DNA of 40,000 nucleotides from Lysinibacillus capsici (GTDB lineage Bacteria; Bacillota; Bacilli; Bacillales_A; Planococcaceae): NCBI RefSeq assembly GCF_003367505.1, contig NZ_PXXX01000022.1, positions 17,625 to 57,624 of the forward strand, read 5' to 3'. Shown piece by piece: positions 9,619 to 15,896 of this stretch (position 1 is its first letter; each line of letters starts with the position of its first letter). The notes under the pieces were generated by a model. It saw only the letters and a program-made list of their open reading frames with translations, ran no database searches and was not told where the DNA came from. The position numbers and the translations under genes were made by a program.

Positions 9619-9634
9619 GAAAACGCAATATCAA
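9606..9634 (-). promoter_or_regulatory. Near-consensus sigma-A promoter for the minus-strand gene 8951-9544
   Basis: The minus strand reads TTGATA (9634-9629), a 17-nt spacer, then TATAAT (9611-9606). Confidence 0.7.
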
Positions 9635-9840
9635 CGCAAAAGGACATCAAAAGCAAGGAGGAAATGGAATATGGGACCGAAAATACCCGCCGTCAGACTT
9701 ATTTCACTGTATTCCTATCGAAAATAGAGAGCGATATATGGGCAAGTATCACGACATCTTTACTCTAATTAGCCTTATTTATCTAATTTAAGAAAATTAG
9801 ACTCTTTAATCTAAATTACGCAAATATAAGGAGGAAGTTT

Positions 9841-10191
9841 ATGAAAACACGAAAATCAACCGCAAAAGCGATTTTAACGAATTTGCATGCACTACGACAA
9901 CGCAGATATGTCGGAGATTTAGATGCTAGCGATACGCTAATTGACTTTGAAAGAGCGTGTCAGATGGCGAAATTGACGAAAAGGCAGTTTGAGGCTATTC
10001 GATTTGTATATGACATCGGATTGACGCAGAAGGAGGCTGGTGAGCGAATGGGAATTGGTCAAGACGTAGTAAGTTCTCATATTGATGCTTCTGCGACTAA
10101 GCTAGATGAGATATACGAAATGTGGGCATGGATGGACGCTGAATTGACGTTAAAAGGTTTTAAAGGTGTGGGGGAAAATGCTACATGCTAA
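9841..10191 (+). CDS. Sigma-70 region-4-like late transcription regulator (Xpf-like position)
   Basis: The HTH LTKRQFEAIRFVYDIGLTQKEAGERMGIGQDVVSSHI resembles sigma region 4. Strong SD aaggagg. It lies upstream of the packaging/late module, as xpf does in PBSX. Confidence 0.6.
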   Translation: MKTRKSTAKAILTNLHALRQRRYVGDLDASDTLIDFERACQMAKLTKRQFEAIRFVYDIGLTQKEAGERMGIGQDVVSSHIDASATKLDEIYEMWAWMDAELTLKGFKGVGENATC

Positions 10192-10559
10192 CTAACCAAG
10201 ACATGCACAACGAAATTTCATCTGCATTTACCCGTTTTAAAAAAAGTAAGACTAACCGTCAAAATCGTATTGAATATGTAGCAAAACTGACTGAAAGATA
10301 CTTTCTTCAACATGAGAAAATGCCTGCAACACATGTGCTAGATCGCATGGCTACGTTAATATTGCAAGATGAATTGGCGGATATAGACCGTATGAAGATG
10401 CGTAACACAGAATACCCACTTCTTAGTGAGACTCAAGAGTTATACCGTAAAAAAGATGAACGTTCACTAAAAGCTGCACAAGATGTAGCAACAGACGGTG
10501 TTGATTATCGTATTAGAACACGTGATAGTAATCGTCGTATGCGTGAAGTGTTTGGATAA
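10185..10559 (+). CDS. Hypothetical protein
   Basis: 124 aa ORF overlapping the previous stop and followed by a strong terminator. Confidence 0.55.
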   Translation: MLTNQDMHNEISSAFTRFKKSKTNRQNRIEYVAKLTERYFLQHEKMPATHVLDRMATLILQDELADIDRMKMRNTEYPLLSETQELYRKKDERSLKAAQDVATDGVDYRIRTRDSNRRMREVFG

Positions 10560-10580
10560 TATTTGGATATAATCGTTTAA

Positions 10581-10606
10581 GACTACCTTTTGGTAGTCTT
10601 TTTTTT
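10581..10606 (+). terminator. Rho-independent terminator
   Basis: GACTACC-tttt-GGTAGTC followed by T8. Confidence 0.85.
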
Positions 10607-10779
10607 GTTGTAAAAATAACTATTTACGGGGATTAATATTTGATATTTATGTTGACGTTAGTTAATAAAAATGGCCATTGAAAGAGTAGTTGCACTAGCG
10701 ACTTTCTTAAAATTTATTAGCAAATTGGTTAACTTTCAGACAGCATTGATAACAAAAAGCTAAAGAAGTTGAAGAAAGC

Positions 10780-10858
10780 AAAAAAGACACTACCCCAAAA
10801 GAGTAGCGCCCACCAAAAGTTAATAAAATGAAGGTTAAGGCTGACACCCTTAGCCTTC
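10780..10858 (-). ncRNA. Candidate ~80-nt small RNA (minus strand)
   Basis: Minus-strand promoter TTGTTT-17-TATATT (10893-10865). 5' hairpin at 10858-10830. Terminator stem 10809-10801/10796-10786 whose non-Watson-Crick pairs are G-U only on the minus strand, followed by U6 (10785-10780). No ORF. Confidence 0.4.
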
Positions 10859-10864
10859 ACCCTA

Positions 10865-10893
10865 AATATAAAATATTTATACATGATAAACAA
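10865..10893 (-). promoter_or_regulatory. Putative sigma-A promoter of the candidate sRNA
   Basis: The minus strand reads TTGTTT (10893-10888), 17 nt, then TATATT (10870-10865). Confidence 0.35.
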
Positions 10894-10921
10894 TAAATCA
10901 TATTTAAAAGAGGATAAAATT

Positions 10922-11008
10922 ATGATGACTGTTACTTTTGTCTTAATTGGTTTAACATGGATAGTAATAGGAGCAACTTTTATTACTATTCGAAAAAATA
11001 AACGATAG
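10922..11008 (+). CDS. 28-aa hydrophobic peptide with basic tail (type I toxin-like)
   Basis: MMTVTFVLIGLTWIVIGATFITIRKNKR. SD agagga lies 7 nt upstream. It is below the ORF-track size cutoff. Confidence 0.4.
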   Translation: MMTVTFVLIGLTWIVIGATFITIRKNKR

Positions 11009-11022
11009 GTGGCGGAAATTAT

Positions 11023-11256
11023 ATGTCTGAAAATTACTCTTTCAACTCACGTGAAGAATTAACAGAGTATATAATAGATGAAATCATTAATACAACTGAA
11101 GCATTAGAAATACTTCAATGCTCACGACAAAATCTGAACAACTTAGTGAAACGTGGTGTGTTAACACCAATTAAAGATCTACCGAGAGATAGATTGTTCT
11201 TTAAGGAAGATATTGTTAAGCGTAAAAATGATATGGATAAGAAAGCTAAAAATTAG
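11023..11256 (+). CDS. Helix-turn-helix DNA-binding protein (excisionase/MerR-like HTH)
   Basis: TEALEILQCSRQNLNNLVKRGVLTP...RLFFKEDIVKR. Followed by a terminator. Confidence 0.65.
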   Translation: MSENYSFNSREELTEYIIDEIINTTEALEILQCSRQNLNNLVKRGVLTPIKDLPRDRLFFKEDIVKRKNDMDKKAKN

Positions 11257-11281
11257 CACATCAAATTGGTGTGCTTTTTTT
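11255..11281 (+). terminator. Rho-independent terminator
   Basis: AGCACAtc-aaatt-ggTGTGCT followed by T7. Confidence 0.8.
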
Positions 11282-11424
11282 ATCCTATATCCATACTTTA
11301 TATCGTTTTGTACCTTTACATTATAGGAAGGTAAGAATCAAGCAAACTCACGTAACTAACGCAAGATGTAAAAGGCTCGGTTATATTATGTGAAAAGAGT
11401 ACTGTTTTAAGGAGGTTGCTGTGG

Positions 11425-11610
11425 ATGACAAACAATAAATTTTACTACGCATATTCACCTAATCTATATCGATATTTAAAGGCGACAGGTTTCCGTTATA
11501 TTTGTACTGGACTTAATGAATCAACCATGCGTCAGTTCTGGCAATATGAACGCACACCAGAACTAAGCGCAGCCCTTACGTCATATGCGGAGAATAAGCC
11601 TTCTAAATAA
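11425..11610 (+). CDS. Small protein, DUF5659-like (tentative)
   Basis: ATG 11425 lies behind SD aaggagg. The pattern YSPNLYRYLKATGFRY...FWQYERTPELSAAL resembles small phage/plasmid DUF5659 proteins, from memory. Confidence 0.5.
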   Translation: MTNNKFYYAYSPNLYRYLKATGFRYICTGLNESTMRQFWQYERTPELSAALTSYAENKPSK

Positions 11611-11634
11611 GGCAGTGCTAGGAGGTTAAGTGGA

Positions 11635-12108
11635 ATGATGGTAAATCAAACGAAACGTGGATTCGTACAGATTTCTAACGCTATATTCACGCACTATAAC
11701 TTTTATCCGAAGTATAATGGTACTTCAATACAAGTTTACGGGTATCTTACAAAATTAAATAACTCCGATTATGGATATGCATTTCCGACTAATATACAAG
11801 TTATGCGAGATTTAGGGATTAGCGATAAAACCTTTAATAATGCGGTAAAGACGCTTGTTGCTTGTGGATTGGTGACAGTTTGTAAACATAAAGGAGCGAT
11901 GTTTCACAACAACTTGTATTATGTACATGAACCTATAGAAGATATGACGGAGTTTTTCGCTAAGTATCCAGAAGCAAAAGAGGTGTGGGAAGCGAAACAA
12001 GCAACGGTTGATAAAGTAGCTAGACGAAAGTCAGTTGATAAAGAAGCGTATAAAGATGCTCAGACAGCAGCAAAAAGTGATGTAGACGCTGTTTTAGAAT
12101 GGTTATGA
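11635..12108 (+). CDS. Replication initiator / replisome-organiser-like winged-helix protein
   Basis: An N-terminal wHTH-like region (FPTNIQVMRDLGISDKTFNNAVKTLVACGLVTV). SD aggagg. The stop lies 10 nt before the iteron array. Confidence 0.55.
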   Translation: MMVNQTKRGFVQISNAIFTHYNFYPKYNGTSIQVYGYLTKLNNSDYGYAFPTNIQVMRDLGISDKTFNNAVKTLVACGLVTVCKHKGAMFHNNLYYVHEPIEDMTEFFAKYPEAKEVWEAKQATVDKVARRKSVDKEAYKDAQTAAKSDVDAVLEWL

Positions 12109-12118
12109 CAGATAGCAC

Positions 12119-12179
12119 ACAGTAGTTTTTACTGTACGACACAGTAAAATTTACTGTAAGGCACAGTAGTTTTTACTGC
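12119..12179. repeat. Three 17-bp palindromic iterons at 22-bp phasing
   Basis: ACAGTA-N5-TACTGT at 12119-12135 and 12141-12157. A third copy at 12163-12179 ends in C instead of T. Confidence 0.85.
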
Positions 12180-12180
12180 G

Positions 12181-12233
12181 TATAAATATTTACCGTATAA
12201 ATATTTACTTATAAATATTTACTATAAATAATT
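12181..12233. repeat. AT-rich tandem 13-mers (DNA-unwinding-element-like)
   Basis: TATAAATATTTAC at 12181, 12196 and 12210, plus a partial copy at 12223. Confidence 0.85.
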
Positions 12234-12238
12234 CCATT

Positions 12239-12268
12239 TACGATTATTTGCTAACGCAAATAATCGTA
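12239..12268. repeat. Perfect 13-bp inverted repeat (hairpin/cruciform)
   Basis: TACGATTATTTGC-taac-GCAAATAATCGTA. Confidence 0.85.
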
Positions 12269-12331
12269 GCTATCAATAATAATATATCTTAGTGTAATTC
12301 TTTTAAATAATACGATAAAGAAATACACCTC

Positions 12332-12348
12332 ACAGTAATTTTTACTGT
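12332..12348. repeat. Fourth iteron copy
   Basis: ACAGTAATTTTTACTGT. Confidence 0.8.
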
Positions 12349-12385
12349 GCGCTATTTGCGATGTTATTAATGGTAAAACTAAAGT

Positions 12386-12419
12386 AAAAAAAGACACCCT
12401 AACAATAAATTAAGGCGTC
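12386..12419 (-). terminator. Strand-specific rho-independent terminator of the antisense small-protein operon
   Basis: Minus-strand RNA GACGCCUUAA-uuuauug-UUAGGGUGUC followed by U7. The two non-Watson-Crick positions are G-U only on the minus strand. Confidence 0.8.
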
Positions 12420-12531
12420 AACAATCATTGATTATTCTATATGTGATTCGTATTTTCTCGGATTTGGCTGGTCTTTTTCAAGTAGCCATACACGACCAAT
12501 CTTACGACAAAAGACTTCTCGCGGCACTTTT

Positions 12532-12729
12532 TTAGTCGTTGTTTTCACCTCGTTTGTTGATTATTTCTAGTATGGTGTTAACTATGAAAAGAATGACAAT
12601 TAAGACGTACAGTGCTATGAAAAAATAGTCTGACGTCGTTAGATTATTAAAGTCTGTTGTCCGAGGAATTAAAATGCTCAGTGCAATGATGATAGCAATG
12701 TCAAATATTCGTTTGAGAGTCGTTTGCAT
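12532..12729 (-). CDS. Small membrane protein with two predicted TM helices
   Basis: 65 aa with two hydrophobic stretches. It lies inside the promoter-to-terminator unit, but no clear SD was seen. Confidence 0.45.
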   Translation of the reverse strand: MQTTLKRIFDIAIIIALSILIPRTTDFNNLTTSDYFFIALYVLIVILFIVNTILEIINKRGENND

Positions 12730-12788
12730 ATTGTTAGTGGTTACGATAAAATACTAAGTATAAAGGAGGCGCTAACCTCCTTCATATG

Positions 12789-12944
12789 CTACTTGCGACG
12801 TTTTCCTTTGCGATGGGGGCGTCGCTTTTTGTTGTTCTTACGCTTGTTATTCTTTAATTGCTGTATGTTGAGAGCAAATGAAGAAAGTCCGCCTAAGATA
12901 CCAACAATTGTAGCTATGTGTTTTAGTATAGCTTCGTAATCCAC
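12789..12944 (-). CDS. 51-aa single-TM protein with an extremely basic tail
   Basis: GTG 12944 lies 8 nt after SD aaggagg. Sequence MDYEAILKHIATIVGILGGLSSFALNIQQLKNNKRKNNKKRRPHRKGKRRK. The ORF-track start at 12995 was rejected because it has no SD. Confidence 0.6.
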   Translation of the reverse strand: MDYEAILKHIATIVGILGGLSSFALNIQQLKNNKRKNNKKRRPHRKGKRRK

Positions 12945-12971
12945 TTGGTTCACCTCCTTTTCTATACTCTT

Positions 12972-13000
12972 ATTATAACATTCGCATTGACCCACGTCTA
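12972..13000 (-). promoter_or_regulatory. Sigma-A-type promoter for the antisense small-protein operon
   Basis: The minus strand reads TAGACG (13000-12995), 17 nt, then TATAAT (12977-12972). Confidence 0.55.
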
Positions 13001-13065
13001 TATAAAATACCGTATTTTTAACGTTAATTTACCGTAAAATTTTAAGAAAGGAACGATGCTAGGAT

Positions 13066-13437
13066 ATGACTAAATTAAACGATAAACAAATTGCTGCTAT
13101 TACGATACTAAGTCAACCGAAACGTGGTGGGCTTACTTATAAAGAAGTTGCAGAGGAAGTTGGAGTAGCAGAGTCAACACTGCATTTGTGGCGCAAAAAT
13201 GACGCATTTAATGAAGAACTAAAGCGACAGATTATGCGTGATACGATTGATAGATTACCAGAAGTAATGGCGTCTATACCTGATCATATTATTAATGACG
13301 GCAATGCAGCGTTATTCAGAACGTTATTACAAGCGCATCAAATGCTAACAGAGAAAGTTGAAGTGTCAGACGGTAATAAAGGTACAGATATTGATGCGAT
13401 TAAGGCAGAGATTGAACGTATGAGAAAAGGTGAGTGA
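13066..13437 (+). CDS. Terminase small subunit (HTH type)
   Basis: 123 aa with the N-terminal HTH TYKEVAEEVGVAESTLHLWRKND, positioned upstream of terL. Confidence 0.7.
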   Translation: MTKLNDKQIAAITILSQPKRGGLTYKEVAEEVGVAESTLHLWRKNDAFNEELKRQIMRDTIDRLPEVMASIPDHIINDGNAALFRTLLQAHQMLTEKVEVSDGNKGTDIDAIKAEIERMRKGE

Positions 13438-14102
13438 TTGGGAGAAACTCCGAAAAGGGGAATGAATAGTCTATTTATATAGGAAGAAACTATGAATAGT
13501 AGACGAATTGGTGTACGAGCGGTTCGGAGTGTGTAGTGTGGTTTATTGGGCAACAGCCGAGAATGGACGCGTACCTAAAACGCTTTGAAAGATAGGGTGT
13601 ATATGGATAGTATAGAGGCGGTAGGATATGCAGGATTTTATACAAATATAAGAGAAATCGCTATCCGATTACTATTAGTAAGTGTACGTAAATAGAGGGA
13701 TTATGGCGTGTGTATAAGAATTTGCATACGCTTATTTTACCTACAAAAGACAAACGTTGATATATCAATGGTTGAAGATAAATCTATTTTACATAATTAA
13801 GCTTATGGGAAGTTAGAAACGAATAATTATTCACTCACTATTCAATGCGTTAAATAAACGTTAATGATTTGAAATTCTCCCAAGCCGCCTATTTTCAAAT
13901 CGCTGTTTCTGATGGCAAACAAATCAGCGCACCAAAATTTCACTTTGGTCTTACGGAAAGCAACCGTTAATTTGTATCATTGTTTAACGGTTCTAACGTA
14001 GCCTACACGTCGTTCTGCGTAATCAAAAGATAAAATATAAGGAACGTATTTAAAACGCTAAATAAACGCGAATAAACAGCTAAAATGAAAGGAGGCGCTA
14101 AT

Positions 14103-15833
14103 ATGGCGTGGGTAAATGGAGAATGGTTAGATCGAAATAAACGCGAAGCATTAATCGCAGTGTATCGTGAGTACATCGATACTATAGACGCAAAGTATTC
14201 GGATTCAGCCGGCGAAGTCGATATTGACGGCATCATTAGCGCTGGCCTTATCGAAGATTATCACGCAAGGTTGAAAGAGCTTAATCGCCTAGAACGTATC
14301 CATCGATGTGAGGACGATTTACTTTACTTCGTCTATCAGTATTTTGCGGACGAGTATAATCCGGAAAACGAAGTCAACTTAATTCCGAAGGGGCAGCGAT
14401 ATGAAGATGCGGCGGAGTTTCACAAGGAATTGTGTAGATTGCTTGATGATATAGCAAAAGGAAAGTCTGCATCAAACGTAGCATGGTCGGTAGGCCGACG
14501 CCACGCAAAGACCGCATATTTGTCTAACGCATTTTTATGCCACCAAGTTGTGTATCGCAAACAAAAGTATATCATCGAAGTATCGGAAACTACAGACGTA
14601 GCAGCCGATTTCATAAAGTTTACTGCGCAAAATCTAAAGTTTAATGAGCGCTTACGTGCGGACTTTGGCGAACTATTGTTCCAAAAATCACAAGCTAACG
14701 AAGTTGATAATAAGCTTGAATTTATTACGACTAGCGGTACGAAGGTCGAAGCTAAAGGGATGGGAACGCAAATGAGGGGACTTCGACACCTTAGCGAACG
14801 CCCTGGGCTTTTTTTGCTAGACGATTTAGAAAGCAACTCGAATACCAATACGCCAGAACTTCGAACAAAGAATCTTCACTGGTTTCGTTCCGAAATGATG
14901 GAGGCGTTAGGTTTCGGTGGTATTTGTATCTATATGGGTACTATTCTTGGGCCAGATTCATTGCTTAACCACGTAATCACACAAAGAAAAGACTTTATCA
15001 GCCGTAAGTTCCCTGCGATTTTATCCTGGACAAAGCGCGAGGATTTATGGGATCAGTGGCGTGAGATTTATAATAGCGACGATGTAGCTTCCAATGAAAA
15101 AGCAAACGCCTTTTACGTAGAAAACGAAAAAGAGATGCTACACGGAACTAAAACGTTATGGCCACAGATGTACTCATATAAATACTTTATGGAAAAACGT
15201 GAATCAATGGGTGGGAGAGCGTTCAACCAGGAGTATCTCGGAAATCCTACCGACCCGGATTCACAAATTTTTAAACCAGAAGAATTTTCTTATTTCTACG
15301 AATCTGAATTAGACGGAATGAAAGTCGATTATTATGCGGCTGTGGACTTTGCAATGGGAAAAGAAAAGGGCGATTACTCTGCTATTATTACGCTAGCAAA
15401 GAATCAAGAGACAGGGACTTGCTACGTAGTTGATACATTTATCGAACGAGTACACCCGGATAAATTGCTCGAAACAATCGTAGAGAAGGCACTTAAATAT
15501 CAATACGCTGGAATTGCGGTAGAGGCACAACAGGCACAAGAGTGGTTCGCTCATAAGGTAAAAGAAGAGTTACATCGAAAAGGTTATCCAGGAAGTACAC
15601 GAGTAAAGGAAGTTAAACAACGGATGCGAAAGGCGCTGCGCATTGAAGCGTTGTTGCCAGATATACAAAACGGTAATATCCGATTTAATAAAGGGCATCG
15701 ATTATTAATTGAGCAATTAGAACTGTATCCGAATGCTCGGCACGATGACGGCCCGGATGCACTTGCGATGGCATACGATGTCGCAAGAAGTGTACGTAAG
15801 ATAGAATTACAGCAAAAGCCATCATGGTTATAA
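14103..15833 (+). CDS. Terminase large subunit
   Basis: Walker A-like GRRHAKT, Walker B LFLLDDLES, and C-terminal nuclease acidic motifs (AAVDFAMG, HDDGPDA). ATG 14103 lies 7 nt after SD aaaggagg. Confidence 0.9.
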   Translation: MAWVNGEWLDRNKREALIAVYREYIDTIDAKYSDSAGEVDIDGIISAGLIEDYHARLKELNRLERIHRCEDDLLYFVYQYFADEYNPENEVNLIPKGQRYEDAAEFHKELCRLLDDIAKGKSASNVAWSVGRRHAKTAYLSNAFLCHQVVYRKQKYIIEVSETTDVAADFIKFTAQNLKFNERLRADFGELLFQKSQANEVDNKLEFITTSGTKVEAKGMGTQMRGLRHLSERPGLFLLDDLESNSNTNTPELRTKNLHWFRSEMMEALGFGGICIYMGTILGPDSLLNHVITQRKDFISRKFPAILSWTKREDLWDQWREIYNSDDVASNEKANAFYVENEKEMLHGTKTLWPQMYSYKYFMEKRESMGGRAFNQEYLGNPTDPDSQIFKPEEFSYFYESELDGMKVDYYAAVDFAMGKEKGDYSAIITLAKNQETGTCYVVDTFIERVHPDKLLETIVEKALKYQYAGIAVEAQQAQEWFAHKVKEELHRKGYPGSTRVKEVKQRMRKALRIEALLPDIQNGNIRFNKGHRLLIEQLELYPNARHDDGPDALAMAYDVARSVRKIELQQKPSWL

Positions 15834-15896
15834 GAACGTAAATATGACGTAAAGGAGGAGACCAAGATCGGACTATTTAGAAAGAACGACAAAGAA

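Noticed and set aside
9558-9791. 77-aa + strand ORF in the divergent intergenic region
   Set aside because: It has no SD at its start and a low-complexity composition. It overlaps the strong minus-strand promoter and operator, so it is more plausibly regulatory DNA.
12119-12233. Short repeat array considered as a CRISPR
   Set aside because: The repeats are only 13-17 bp, are palindromic or AT-rich, and are nearly contiguous with 5-bp gaps instead of unique ~30-bp spacers. There are no cas genes. An origin or operator array fits better.
12724-12939. 71-aa + strand ORF
   Set aside because: It is antisense to the SD-supported 51-aa gene, has no SD, and its arginine/leucine-rich translation mirrors the opposite-strand Lys/Arg codons.
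13521-13529. GGTTCGGAG resembling a tRNA T-loop
   Set aside because: The flanking sequence cannot form a T-stem, acceptor stem or anticodon arm. I found no tRNA in the window.
13438-14102. A third intron between terS and terL
   Set aside because: There are no flanking exon fragments: terS ends normally and terL has its own SD and N-terminus. I could not find P/Q/R/S-like core elements.
14420-14848. 142-aa minus-strand ORF inside terL, and similar antisense ORFs at 779-979, 3812-4245, 15584-15919, 16630-16935, 19114-19752, 23086-23766, 26720-27331, 29430-29732, 31381-32432 and 33082-34067
   Set aside because: They lie entirely antisense to well-supported genes, have no SD, and show the Ser/Leu/Arg-rich shadow-frame composition typical of spurious ORFs.
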